Notes: generated by a model not told the origin, from the letters alone. A stretch of DNA of 63,822 bases, filler included, from Perkinsus olseni (GCA_013115125.1; 6 parts of 6 records of this genome joined end to end with filler, not necessarily neighbours in it), one strand, 5' to 3'. Shown: positions 1-11,760, numbered from the whole stretch's first letter. Numbers and translations are program-made.

Positions 1-83
1 TGTTGGTATCCATCCCGAGTTGTGTTATTAGTTTTATTACGCAACACAAGAAGCACTTAAGTAACTCAACAAAGGTTCTGCGA

Positions 84-200
84 TCGATCCCCGGGTAGGG
101 TATTGGCTCAGAGTTAATCATAGTACAAACTCGTGTCGACGAAGAACTTTTCGACCGAGTTCTCGTCGAGCTGAATCAGCTCAGCTGATTCTCATCCTCA
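84..200 (+). pseudogene. Degenerate duplicate of the tRNA-Arg 3' end and SLX1 3' end
   Basis: 84-104 TCGATCCCCGGGTAGGGTATT is identical to 5442-5462. GTTCTCGTCGAGCT (159-172) also matches the SLX1 last exon near 5516-5529. Confidence 0.6.
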
Positions 201-812
201 CCGGGACTCATGTGCCAATCCCGCTTTAAAGGACAGCCGTGCGCATGCGTGCAAGAGTGTTCACGTCACCAACGGGGTGTTCGTGCCCCCTTGGTGCCGG
301 CGTAGACTTCTTAGCCCCGTCAGACCCTCTTTCTTGGTAGGTAGGACGAATCACGAGCCAGTTAGGCTGGCCAGCGGACTTTTCGAGTCCTGGGGATGAT
401 GCCCGTAGTGTCGCATCGTGCCGGGAGATGTGGATGGGGGAATACGCACGGCCCATTGGATGCGTGAGCGGGCCCTGTTAAATGGAAAGGAAGCTTATCA
501 GTCTCAATCGACTCCTCGAGAGGAGCCCTTCGGCGAAGAACATGATAATCCCTTCATATAGATCTGTGCAAAAGTGCCCCCAGCGAATGAGCACTTGAGT
601 GGAAGTCCGACCAAGTTGGTTCCGTTGTTGGACTGTGAACTCACCTACCCTGCAGCTCGACTGGTGGCTCGTGCGTTCGTTCGCTCGGCTTGCCTAGCAG
701 TGGTGTTTCGGCTAATATCTCAAGTGGCGGGGCTTCAGGAGACAGCATGAGCGGGCTCAATGCTTCCTATGAAGGTAGCGCTTTTTTCAGAAGGAGCGTT
801 GTTCTCTCTTCC

Positions 813-1673
813 ATGCCCATATCCCCCGACCTCTTCCGTCTCCGTCAGAAGGGGCGTTACGGGATTGATTACACTTCGGAGCATGAGAGAGCGCCTTCGC
901 CTTACTCGATACCAATCAAAGTTCGGAGCCCTCGGAGCATCCTGAGGGGAACTTTCCGTATTATCATGGCTCTCATGGTTGCCAGCGTGAACCTCTTCGC
1001 CTTCCTCAATCTTGCGATCTTAGTTTGGGAAGATTGTATCATCGAGTGGTGTGTATCGAGATGGAAGGTTGAACTCCGGGGTCTCGATCTGGGACCCGCC
1101 CCATCATGGTTGGATGATCCACCATGGGATTTTGATCACCTGCCTCCCGGAGCGGACGAGTACGCTAACTTCTCGCTCGACCTGTCCATCGAGAACAATC
1201 CGAAGTGGCTACACGTGGAGATTCTCGACGTGAGAGTGAATTCCGATTTCGGACTTCTGGTCTATCTGTTCACTGAGGACGTCAGTTTCAGTGGTGCCGC
1301 TGATGTATCTATTTTCAAAAAGGTACGTTTCAATACCTTCAACGAGGCGATATACTTATGTCTTCGCCATGTGCCTTGGGGCGATGAACCTCTCATTTTC
1401 ACGGTTTGTTTTGAGGCCAAGTTTTCAATTCTCGGCCATACAAGTCGCGCTTCGACTTTGCAGACGTGGCTCCCGCTTCATGCTTTGAAGGGCGGTGTCC
1501 CGACTCGCGAGGCAAAATCTAAGATCACTAAGTTCGGACGCGAAATAGCTAAAAAGTGTGCGGACTTCTATTACGATTTCCCCGATGGAAAGTCGTTGAT
1601 AGCCGGGATGGAGCTCGGCGAGGTCGCTATGCTAGATCGAGCATCTCTCTGGAGCAGCGTAACGGGGCCCTAG
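813..1673 (+). CDS. Lineage-specific single-pass membrane protein, paralog A (possible LEA_2/TMEM106-like beta domain)
   Basis: Intronless ORF. The ATG at 813 (MPISP) aligns with the paralog start at 3797 (MPIPP). A hydrophobic segment IIMALMVASVNLFAFLNLAILVW is followed by a beta-rich region. Confidence 0.7.
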   Translation: MPISPDLFRLRQKGRYGIDYTSEHERAPSPYSIPIKVRSPRSILRGTFRIIMALMVASVNLFAFLNLAILVWEDCIIEWCVSRWKVELRGLDLGPAPSWLDDPPWDFDHLPPGADEYANFSLDLSIENNPKWLHVEILDVRVNSDFGLLVYLFTEDVSFSGAADVSIFKKVRFNTFNEAIYLCLRHVPWGDEPLIFTVCFEAKFSILGHTSRASTLQTWLPLHALKGGVPTREAKSKITKFGREIAKKCADFYYDFPDGKSLIAGMELGEVAMLDRASLWSSVTGP

Positions 1674-3796
1674 AACTTATTATTCGTATCACGAAGGTGA
1701 GCCTCCCATGAGTGGCCATCAGCGTGGTAGAGTCGCTTCGAAACTTCCTTTCAACTGCCCGTTAATAGTGCTCACATTTTGAAGGTCCCTCAGTTTTTAA
1801 CAAAGCTTGTCATGATTGCATAAGTCTCGAAGTCCGCTTTGTTATGCTACCCGGGCCTAGCTCGGCTCCCCATTTTCTCACAGTTCCTCTGCCCTGTGCT
1901 GGTAGTGTCAGTGTCGCTAAGAGCGGGAATGGGGGAAGCCGTCAGCCAGACTCACTTGTTGGTTCGTCAAGATTTGTTTGCGTGGCCTGATTCCAAGCCG
2001 GACTTGGTCGAAATTGATCCAAGTTAGTGACGAGCGTGGCTTCCTGAGATGTCGAGGTCGTTACACCCGCGCGGCTTCTGCACGAGTAGTAGCCTTTTGT
2101 CGGTGGCCATTTCTGCATGTGCGCAAATGGGAATTTTCGTGAATCGCGAATCGTGATCCACAAGATCGGATCTCACGCCGGTCCGTTTGAGGACCAGGTC
2201 AGTAGCAATTGACACAGTTGTTCTGTTCATTTCGGATGCAGTTCGCAGATTGAACCATCTGAGTCGGAAAACCCCACGTCATGCAGCAAAAATCGGCTGC
2301 CAAGCTACTCCTGTCATAAACACGGGACTGCAGTTAGTCTCGAAGTGATGCGATCCCTTCGAGTTGGGCAATAAGTCCCAGAGATGCTTCGAGCATCCGC
2401 ACGGTTCCGACAGAACATCATTCAGGCTCCAGGATGCCTTGCTTGCGATCACTCCTCTAAACCCGTCCTGATCGACTGTCGATCATCGACACAGTTCGCC
2501 TAACGCTATCAGCTCTGCCGTAGGGCAGCAACTGAACTGTTCAGTCTGACCAGCAACGTTGTAGCGACATTGTCGCCCTAGTCCTCGAGGCAGAAGCTTC
2601 CTAGAGGCCCGGGCTCTGGGGTTCAGGGACGACCTTCCTTCAGGCTCCAGAAGGGCGTTCATGATTGCCCGTCCCTTCGGAGTGTGGCGGTTTACTTCCA
2701 GTGAGACGTTCCTGAAGGAAGCCATCAAGCTAGCACCCCGGGATTAATCAGTTATCAACCAAGTCTATCTACTTGGTTGATATATCGTTCCTACTGAGCG
2801 GTTTGCGGTGGCTCAGTTGGGCTGTAATCTTGCTGCCGATTGCCAACCGCTCGTGACTTGGAGGAGATTGAGGAGAGTGCTCTGACCTGGTAGGCCCTGG
2901 GATCACCAGTCGCGATCTCATGCCTCCAGCTCGGGCACTGTGGTTCGCTTGCCCACCAACTCGCAGTGGCTGTCACAGTTCTGGCGCCTGAGCTGCCGCC
3001 CCTGTCTGGGGCAAGCCGTTTGACACGGCTCACGGCTGCTTTGAGATGCCTCACGAGTGACACCCCGCTGCACAGTGCTCACTGCACTGTTCGGGCTTCG
3101 GATCCACCTCCTCCCAGTCCCCCGCGGCCACGGTTTCAACACCGCAATGGATATGGATTATATCCTCATTTCTCTCACGAAACGAGAGAATTCTTGTCGA
3201 TCGAAAACGATTTGAGCGAGGTGAACAGTGGATTAGACGCTCGTGGACATTTATGGTACACCAGATATATCGCAGATCAGAGTTTAAGGGTCCGTCAAGC
3301 AACTCGGGATTGCGAATCGACCACAGCGAGGGGAGCGAAGGTGCCTCCTGTTAGACTATTCAAATCGCGGCATGAGCTGTTCCTACAATACTGTATGAAG
3401 TCGCGGACAGAGCACTGGGACTTTAACGGATGACACGCGTCGTGTGTCGAGGAAAGGACAAGGAGACTGCTCCATGGGACAGCCATGCGCTTGCGTGCAA
3501 GGGAGTTGACGTCACAAAAGCAGTGTCCCTGCGCTCTTGGTGTCTGGTGCCACGTAGACTCCTTGGCCCTCTTCCCAGATGGGGAGGGCAAACAGCCAAT
3601 CGGGTATGCTGGGCAGCGCACTTTTAATTTTCGTTTCGTTATGGATCCGCACCGCAGCGAAACGTTAGCAACATCAGCAGTGTGCGCAGAGCCTCTCGTG
3701 TGGGGACTCGACCTTTAGGAAGCAGCATGAGCAGCCTTATCCCATACTCAGTGTGAATGTAGCGCTAGTCTGTAGGGGACACATTGCTTCTCTCCT

Positions 3797-4660
3797 ATGC
3801 CAATTCCCCCAGAGTTCCACTGCGGTCGTCAGGTGGGGCGGTATGGGGTTGATTACGTTTCGGAGGATGAGAGAACACCTGTACCTCCCTCGATGCCAAT
3901 CAATTTTCGGGGCCCTCAAGGTATTCTGAGGAGAACTTCCTGTGTGATTATGGTACTGACGGTTGCGACCGTGGGCCTCCTCGGCATCCTCAATCTTGGG
4001 ACCTTGGTTTGGGAAGATTATATTATCGAGTGGTGTGTATCGAGATGGAAGGTTGAACTCCGGGGTCTCGATCTACGACCCGCCCCATCATGGTTGGATG
4101 ATCCACCGTCGGATTTTGGTCACCTGCCTCCCGGAGCGGACGAGTATACTAACTTCTCGCTCGACCTGTCCATCAAGAACAATCCGAAGTGGCTACACGT
4201 GGAGTTTCTCGACCTTCAAGTGGGCTTTCATGGGGGAACCTTAGTAGTTTTATTTCCCAGTAATGTTACATTCAGTCGAACCTCTGATGTATCCATCACG
4301 AAGAGGGTCCGCTTTGATACTTTCAACGAGTTGCTATACCTATGCCTCAACCATGTGTCGTGGGGTGAGGGTCCTCGCGTCATCATGATCATTTATTTTG
4401 AAGCGGAACTTTCTTTCCTCGGTCGTACTAGTCGCGCTGTGCCGATGACGACGCGGGTTCCGTTCCACGGTCTGGAAGGCGTCAATCTTGGAAGTCGATT
4501 GAGTGCCACTGGACGCAGAATGGCGCGGGGGTGTGCAAGGTTGTACGACGCTTGTCGCCAAGCGAAGCGCTCGCTAGCCGTAAGCGAGTACGGCAAGGTC
4601 GTGATAAGCGACAAGACGAGCTTTTGGAGAACGAGAGCTCAACTGACTCAGTTGAACTGA
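3797..4660 (+). CDS. Lineage-specific single-pass membrane protein, paralog B
   Basis: 287-aa ORF collinear with 813-1673, sharing the IIEWCVSRWKVELRGLDL...NNPKWLHVE block. Confidence 0.7.
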   Translation: MPIPPEFHCGRQVGRYGVDYVSEDERTPVPPSMPINFRGPQGILRRTSCVIMVLTVATVGLLGILNLGTLVWEDYIIEWCVSRWKVELRGLDLRPAPSWLDDPPSDFGHLPPGADEYTNFSLDLSIKNNPKWLHVEFLDLQVGFHGGTLVVLFPSNVTFSRTSDVSITKRVRFDTFNELLYLCLNHVSWGEGPRVIMIIYFEAELSFLGRTSRAVPMTTRVPFHGLEGVNLGSRLSATGRRMARGCARLYDACRQAKRSLAVSEYGKVVISDKTSFWRTRAQLTQLN

Positions 4661-5387
4661 GTGAGTAGTACTCACCGCCAGCTCAGCCGAATCTCGAACA
4701 TAGTGCGGTGGCCGACGAGTTGCTCTATTTTTCACTTTTACTCATCATTATCCCCGTGGCGCTCGTGCCTGCTCATCTGCGATCACCGTGAGCTTCGCCG
4801 TGGTACGGTTTCTGCGTGTCTCCGCTTTAGTTTACCGTCCACGGCGGTGGCATGCCTCGAATGCATCTTCCCTACCATAATGTGCCACCAGGTTATCTCA
4901 TTCGACGTCATCTCGTCTCAGCCTCCTTTGTTTCCTCCTCACAGTTGTTGTGTTCAGTAGTGAGTTAGTATTGCTGATGCAGCGACGCGATCAATTTCGT
5001 TGTGAACCACAAACTCCGCAAAACAATCTGCTATACACTTCTGGCGCCGCGGCGGCAGACGGAGTCCGACTCCGACTCGCTGTGGAGCTCACCTCGATAC
5101 TACGGTAGTATCACTACCCCAAGTTCTGTAGGATGCGACCGCATCAAAATTGTCTCAGATTGGAGCGTTCAGCGTTCTCAGTTATGATGCGAAAACTGCA
5201 GGAAAAGGTTTAGTGAGAGAATGAGTCTACTACTGCACAGGTCACAGTGTGGAGCACTCGTACACTGCGCAACGCATTCATGGGTACAGAGACTTCCATA
5301 GCCGAGCAGCTCGAGGAGGGGACTCGATACTCAAGCGATCTCGGGGGAGTATATCATACCGGGGGGCCAGAATAAAGACAACTCACA

Positions 5388-5460
5388 GCCCTGCTGGCCC
5401 AATGGATAAGGCGCCACCCTCCTAAGGTGGAGATTCCGGGTTCGATCCCCGGGTAGGGTA
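5388..5460 (+). tRNA. tRNA-Arg (anticodon CCT)
   Basis: Cloverleaf: acceptor GCCCTGC/GTAGGGT, anticodon arm CCACC-CTCCTAA-GGTGG, T-arm with GGTTCGATCC. Confidence 0.95.
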
Positions 5461-5482
5461 TTTCAAACATTACAGCAACCTG

Positions 5483-7074
5483 TCACGACACATCGACCGG
5501 CGAATCTCCGATCTCGTTCTCGTCGAGCTCATTTTCATCTTCATCACTGCTGCCTAACATCTCGGGCTGCTTCTGGTAAACTCCGACCGTGCGGAGCAGA
5601 TCCCCCCACTTCGAGACATCATCACAGACAGGGCACTCTGAAGAAACCGAAAAGGGCTCAGGTTACACAGAGCTGAGGTGAGAATTCACTAGGCACTCCG
5701 CATGCCCTCGAATGAGTGCGAAACTCCGGGTCTGCGATCTTACTGATGAAGTCCGGGATTAGACGGTCTTCGGCATCGAGCGGCGGAGACCCAGTGGAAT
5801 CGCAGCACCCCACAGAAGCGATGCAGGTGATGTGTGACGAGTTTCGACAGGAGAGGCACACCGCTCGCTTCGTTATCCCCGGCGTGAAGGCTTGCATGCA
5901 AATACAGCACGCATGATTACGACTGTCTGCCTCGTCGACAAGTGCCTAAAAGCGGAAGTCCTCGAGAACTACTATCCTCAGATCGCCTGGGGCTAGCGTA
6001 GTCGGCATCGGGTGGATTGGCCTGATTGACGTTGGCAGACTCGTCATGGCGGAACCTCACCTGGGCACTGCCTGCAACATGAGTTCGATGCAGAACTTCA
6101 ATTGGTAGATGCTCTATACGAAAGCAGCTGCCCGAGGCCGCCTCGCCTATGGGACGACCGATCACAGGTGCATCGTATCACGGCTACCACCTCTGGCAGT
6201 TCTGAACTCTGCAACTTTGGCTTCTACGGCGCTAGCTATGCCAGGCTCGAGGACGTTTAGCACGAGCGGCATCCGGGACCATGGAGGAAGATGGAGCATA
6301 CCGATGACCAGCGCTAGATCATCATGGACGTTATTGGTTCGCTGGCGGCCCCGCTTCGTCAGGCCTTTCCCTGAGAGAAGGGGTCGAGTCCCTCGAGAGT
6401 TTGCAGGATCCTTCCGTGATGCACCCGACCGTTAGACACCGGCGCATCACAGGCGCGGTGGATGTGCGGCTCACCTATGCTGGCTAGACCTTCTCGGGTC
6501 AGACGCGACAACCTGGGGTGCTGCCACGTCCACTCAAACTGCAACGCCTGAACGATGCACAAACATGGAATGGCTTTCAACCGGAGCCCAAAGGAGATCT
6601 CGGATCAAGGCCCTGGCATCACTAGCGGTACTCCTGTCGTAGTAAGACAGTCGCAATGGGCAATCGTCGAGAGTGGGAGGGGCTGAGCCGCAATTGTCAC
6701 TCAGAGTCGCTATCGTCTAGTGGTTAGGACGTCACGTTGTGGCCGTGACAACCCCGGTTCAAATCCGGGTAGCGACTTTCATAATCCCACTTGAACTTGA
6801 CTGCTGAATCCGTAACAAACCAGGAGCATCTTCCACGGCCTGTGACGCTTCGTCCTATGGGCTCCTCCAGCATTCAGCTCGCCGTTGTGTTGTCGGATCC
6901 TGATCGAAACAAAGACAGTCGGTCCTGAAGCAGAGTGGCTGATGATCGCCAAGAATCCCACCTTCGGCGAGGGTTCACTGTGAAGCCGATATATCCAACA
7001 TTTGGGGACGCTTCACTTTGTAACAAGTAACAACCATAGAACCCAGAACCGCTAGTGCCCGGGGAGTGTGACAT
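5483..7074 (-). CDS. SLX1: Structure-specific endonuclease SLX1 (GIY-YIG plus C-terminal Cys/His finger), multi-exon
   Basis: Exons read FYGCYLLQS..VGYIGFTVNPRRR / IRQHNGELNAGGAHRTKRHRPWKM / ALQFEWTWQHP / CLSC..HITC..LIP / ECPVCDDVSKWGDLLR. ATG at 7074, TGA at 5483-5485. Internal exon borders are only partly resolved. Confidence 0.9.
6706..6777 (+). tRNA. tRNA-His (anticodon GTG), nested antisense in SLX1 intron 6548-6790
   Basis: Acceptor GTCGCTA/TAGCGAC, anticodon arm TCACG-TTGTGGC-CGTGA, T-arm CCCGG-TTCAAAT-CCGGG. Confidence 0.95.
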
Positions 7075-7938
7075 AGCCACAGAAACTGACTTCGAAACTG
7101 CAGCGTAGTAGTAATAGCAGGATTGGTGATATGAAGAAGACTGTGTATCGGTTCTAAGCCCTGCATTTGCCACTCGAGGTTATAGTGGTGCTCGATGGCG
7201 CAGAACAATCTAGTCAACCAGCAGCATACCACTTCCTGCTGACAACCACGTCAGAAACCCATTCTACGTTGGTTATTTCTGAAAGCTTGAAAGTCAGTAG
7301 AACAAATAACACTCTTTCATTCATTCTGTGAAACGCAGTGTAACCTAGAAAGGTTCGCCATACACATCAGAATACCGCACGAGACTTCACCTCACATACT
7401 CCAACGCAAGAGCTACATTGACTCAAAAAACTGACATGTGGCAACAAAATGAGTTGCGCAATGGTCACGTGAGCAACCTCAGTCACCCAGCATTGGAATA
7501 CAAACTAGACCCTGCTCTTCCATTCGACCACAGTGCTCAAATTTGTGCTCCACACCTCTGTCTCGAGCTGCTTGTAATCAAGCATAGTGGATTTGGAAAC
7601 CTGGCCAGGTACGTTAACTTCGCCCATTTACGCAGTCAATGAGGAGGTCGCATGTGAGCGGTTCTGACTATGGGCTTGCGAGGCCGCCGGCTCCCGTTAT
7701 ATTTCGAGAACAGATGCTGCGCAGAAGAAAGGAACTCACCTCTCAGCGGAGAGTGAACCTCCTCATCACCAACATTCGACCGGAATTTCCTGCGTAAATT
7801 AACAGAAAACTCGACACTCCTCTATCGACGTGAGAATCATATCCGCTTTGTGCCTGCCCTCCACTGGGCTTCCGATCACCTCCGTGCACACGAGGCTTTC
7901 CTCTCTTGCTTGCTTTCCGCGTTAGTCACGGGTCAACC

Positions 7939-9771
7939 TCAGATACCACTGAACTTCCGCTCTCCAGTACCCTGCCTATTACTACCAAAATGAGCCACAT
8001 TATTCACCTTGGCCAGCCGAGTACCGAACTGGATCGCCCGCTTCCTGAACCCCGCCATGTCGACCAGCGCCCCGCCGGCCAGTAGTCTGACCGCACCTCG
8101 CAGCAACGGCTTCGTCTCGACCTCACTATCACACAACTTGTGCCGACCCACCCATTCGATGAGCTCCTCGTCGAGGTAGGGATGGCGGGGCTCTCTGCCG
8201 TGGTCGCTCATGACCCGATCGTCCCTGCCTAGGTTCCGCCGCCAAAGCCGGTCCAAGTCCTTCAACATCTCTCGTCGTCTGCCTTCGAGGCCGTCCCGGA
8301 GCTCGCTGGTGCGGTATCGAGCGTAGCCTCCTACAACCTCATCAGCACCATGGCCGACGAGAATGACACGGGCTTCCGATCGGACCCTCGTTGCTCCATC
8401 ACACATCCCAGTTAACACGCGGGGAAGAGGAGCCCCAGCGGTGTGATCAGTCGGTGTGCGGTCCTTCACACCGGCCTTGTGAGTTCGACAATAGGGAAGG
8501 TCGTCCTCTGCGGCCACTCGGCGGCAACAGAACTTGCACATATGCCGAACGCAGGTGTCCTTGGCCACCCTCGTGCAGCCGTCATGCGAGCACTTCTCTC
8601 TGCCATGCCCAGACTCACCGCGAACCTTCATTCCTCTGCATTCTGCCAAGGCCTCGCTCTCCTCAGCTAGCACGGATTGCCTGAACTCAGCCGTCCCGCA
8701 CTCCTCCGGCGCCACGACAATTCCCTCTCCCCGCGCTGCCGTCCACAGCGCCGCGGAGATGTTTATGTCCATGTGAGTGACCTCAGGGCTGCTCAACCCC
8801 ATAACTCGGTCGTACATCCCCTTATCAGCGGCGTCGATCGGGCAGAGGATCAGGCGGACTCTATCCGAGCCATAAACTTCAGCCAACCGCTTGTAGCTGA
8901 CCAAGGCCGTCCTGAGGTCGGGAGAATCTTTGCCGTCCACGCTAGCGGTGAGGAGGTCGACCTGACGATCAGACTCCTCGAGGGCGAGCACGGCCAGCGC
9001 GGTGGAATCGACACCACCAGAAAACAAGACACCAATAGGGCCGGGATGGTCCAACATTTGTACCCGTCTGGCGACCGCGCGCCGCAAAATTGTCAAGAAT
9101 TCCTCAGGCGTGCCTGTGTCAGCAGTACCAGTGTTCCAAAACGCTTCTTTTCGGTAGCAGACGCCGCTCGGGTACCGCACCTCGCGGATCTTACGACTGC
9201 CGAGCTCCAGACAGTAGACGCTGCCCTCGGCCGGCACCTCCGCAACTCTGGATTCCGAGCTTATTCCACCGACTGAAGCTACCGTTAACCCGCCATCAGC
9301 GTCATCGGACAACAGCAGAGACCTTCGACCGAATCTGTCTCGACCGAACCAAATTTCCCCTTTTCTCCGGTCGTAAAACACAAACGCGAATGGGCCCTTC
9401 AAGCCGTCCAGAACAGCCACTACGTCATCAGCCCTCCGCAGCCGGTGGAAAACCTCGAGCGTGTCGCTGCGACCCGACCCGGAGAACTCGTCGTTGAAGA
9501 GCTCACCGTTCCAGAGGAGAATGTAGTCATTGGCGAAGCAGCGAGGCTGCTGCACGGCACCTTGGGACCCTCGCATGTGTAACACCGCCGACTGGAAGTC
9601 CAAGGTTAGATCATCGTGTTGCACTCGACGAGTTCCGAAGTGATCAGGACCGCGACACCGGAGCAGTTCCTCGACGTCAGGGAGTTTGGCAGATGCGAAA
9701 TGGTCTTCAAATTTGAATGATGCAGGGATCGAACTTGCGCAGGTGTTAACGTGAAAGCATATGCCACACAT
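7939..9771 (-). CDS. ASNSD1: Asparagine synthetase domain-containing protein (Ntn amidotransferase plus Asn_synthase domain)
   Basis: Starts MCGI (Ntn Cys2). Motifs RGPD, SAVLHMRG, WNGE, RDRFGRRSL, LFSGGVDS, GHGADEVVGGY, RNLGRDDRV, KRAIQFG. Intronless. Confidence 0.9.
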   Translation of the reverse strand: MCGICFHVNTCASSIPASFKFEDHFASAKLPDVEELLRCRGPDHFGTRRVQHDDLTLDFQSAVLHMRGSQGAVQQPRCFANDYILLWNGELFNDEFSGSGRSDTLEVFHRLRRADDVVAVLDGLKGPFAFVFYDRRKGEIWFGRDRFGRRSLLLSDDADGGLTVASVGGISSESRVAEVPAEGSVYCLELGSRKIREVRYPSGVCYRKEAFWNTGTADTGTPEEFLTILRRAVARRVQMLDHPGPIGVLFSGGVDSTALAVLALEESDRQVDLLTASVDGKDSPDLRTALVSYKRLAEVYGSDRVRLILCPIDAADKGMYDRVMGLSSPEVTHMDINISAALWTAARGEGIVVAPEECGTAEFRQSVLAEESEALAECRGMKVRGESGHGREKCSHDGCTRVAKDTCVRHMCKFCCRRVAAEDDLPYCRTHKAGVKDRTPTDHTAGAPLPRVLTGMCDGATRVRSEARVILVGHGADEVVGGYARYRTSELRDGLEGRRREMLKDLDRLWRRNLGRDDRVMSDHGREPRHPYLDEELIEWVGRHKLCDSEVETKPLLRGAVRLLAGGALVDMAGFRKRAIQFGTRLAKVNNVAHFGSNRQGTGERKFSGI

Positions 9772-10615
9772 GATGAGTAACGAGAGAAACAGTAAAGACT
9801 GTGATGACCGAGCATCCAACAGACCTCTCCCCTTCACAACAACTCGACAACTACTCTACGTCACGGTGGATTCCACATTTACTAACCTGAAGCGATGCAG
9901 GATTGACTCCGCCGTGCGCAGGCGTGGTTTACTACGAGAAGATGCTATTACCAAGCGACGGACGCCGTGGAGCCCGCGTCGCCACTCCTTATCGGGAACG
10001 CTGCGCAGTTGAGAAATACGAGAATATTACTACACTGTCGCAGTGTCACTGCGCAACAAATCCTTAGAAAATCGGGTTTTTCTATCATTTTCTCCTTCCA
10101 GAGCACAATTTCGCAACGAGCTCCGAGTATGTGGGCTTAAATGACATACTGGATATACCCTCCAGGGTCGCCCTCCATTTTTAGGGCTAAAGTCTCCGTG
10201 GATCGCGAGAAATCGAAGATTTACTTGATTAGCACGCAACAAATACTTAAAAAATCACGGTCCAGCGCGGGCAGTGAAATCACTCATTTCAGCCACAAAG
10301 TATAATTTAAACTCTGAATCAGCCTGAACAATTTGCGGCAATCGAGAGAGCGCCTAATAACTAGTCTGGTCCAGAAATATCGGACCTTAGCTCGAAGCCG
10401 TGAAACTTCAACGATCCCTGAAGTGGAAAATTTCCCGAAAGGGCGGATTTACAGTGTAAAACGGCGCGGACAGCCCAAACTCGTCATTTTCTTTCACGTA
10501 CTCCTCGACAATTCCGAACTTAGGCCACCCTCGACCCTATCAGCCAATTTGCTGATGTCTCAACAACAACAACAACTCGCTAATGTGATGATATCATCCT
10601 CGACCCCCATATAGG

Positions 10616-10715
10616 NNNNNNNNNNNNNNNNNNNNNNNNNNNNNNNNNNNNNNNNNNNNTTAATTAATTAANNNNNNNNNNNNNNNNNNNNNNNNNNNNN
10701 NNNNNNNNNNNNNNN
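10616..10715. other. Artificial contig linker (N44-TTAATTAATTAA-N44)
   Basis: Identical 100-nt spacer carrying stop codons in all six frames, repeated five times in the window. Confidence 0.98.
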
Positions 10716-11149
10716 AACCAGAGTCCCAGTAATGACAGAGAAATCAAAAAAATACTGTATGTTCTATTATTTTGTAAGGGGGTTTATAATATCGATAATT
10801 AGAATTTGACAAGATGACTTCGCCTGCCCTCATGGCTCCTCGGTGTGCATCGTGGACACTTGAATTATCCAAGCCTAGCTCCCCATAAGTGAAAATCCAA
10901 CGGAGTCGTCCAGGTCGACTGGTTTATGCTCGTATGCCGACGGGTACTCTTCATCGATTATCGCTCGCCTACTCGTTCTACTCCAAGTATCTTCAAAGAT
11001 GATCTGAGGCCCAAATCAGAAGTGTAAGTTTGTCAAGACCTCCACCGTTCACCGGAAGGCATCGGTTCAGTGGAGATCTATTCATTATAAAGATGGACTC
11101 GGAGTTCATTCCGATTCCGCTTTCCGTGGAGGTCAGAACTTCACGATGT

Positions 11150-11760
11150 GCGTAATTGGACGTTTTCAGCAAGACATCGGTCCGCCTACCATCAGTTTCT
11201 TCGTTTTGGCTTTTCAACGTCGTTGGCGGCCGTCAAGGTTATTCAGACCGACCTATCGAACACGTAGGAGTCGGACTTCTGAAGTCTACAAAGTGGCTGA
11301 ACGAATGCGTGTGGCTAGATTCGACCATGCAGGTCCCTCGCTTCGGTCACAGTCTTGCTCTCATGGACAACAGGTATCTGTGATTTCGCAGGCACTGCAA
11401 CAACGGTGACTGGCGTCCGAGGCGGAAATCTTCCATACTCATAGTAACAAGTAGAGCCATGGTCATAAAGACGTCGTCTTTAAGACGAGATACTTACGTC
11501 TGCCGCGTCCACTAAATGCCAGTTGCGTACCCGTGAAGGATGATCGTCTGTTCATAGTCGGTGATGTGTTAAGGCGTTCGAAGTAATAACTCGTCGGACT
11601 GATCGTTATCGGGATTCGTGGGTTCCCCGAGACCAGGCGACTCGGAAGAAACGCAGACGTGGTTCTGGACGTATTGGCGGCACGGATGTCGTCGGTGTCA
11701 CACCAACTGCTTCTACCGCGACAAGAACTTGGCAAGCCTCGGGTCCTTTGGGAATACTCG
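11150..11760 (+). pseudogene. Degenerate gene fragment with Kelch-like motifs; its 3' part has an inverted diverged copy at about 12735-12840
   Basis: VVGGRQG and PRFGHSLALMDNRYL followed by an in-frame stop. RNADVVLDVLAARMSSV..LLLPR matches KNADVVLNVLAAWMSSV..LLLPR on the minus strand. Confidence 0.35.

Noticed and set aside
1840-3450. Possible retroelement (RNase H) remnants between the membrane-protein paralogs
   Set aside because: Only an isolated AELIAL-like word was found, with no coherent set of motifs.
5483-7074. Functional linkage between host SLX1 and the element's GIY-YIG domain
   Set aside because: They are on different contigs joined artificially; only motif-level similarity is seen.
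9772-9837. N-terminal extension of ASNSD1 in the ORF track
   Set aside because: It starts at a non-ATG codon, and Ntn amidotransferases need the Met-Cys start at 9771.
10660-10671. TTAATTAATTAA motif repeated at about 10.6-kb periodicity
   Set aside because: It is an assembly linker embedded in Ns, not biological.
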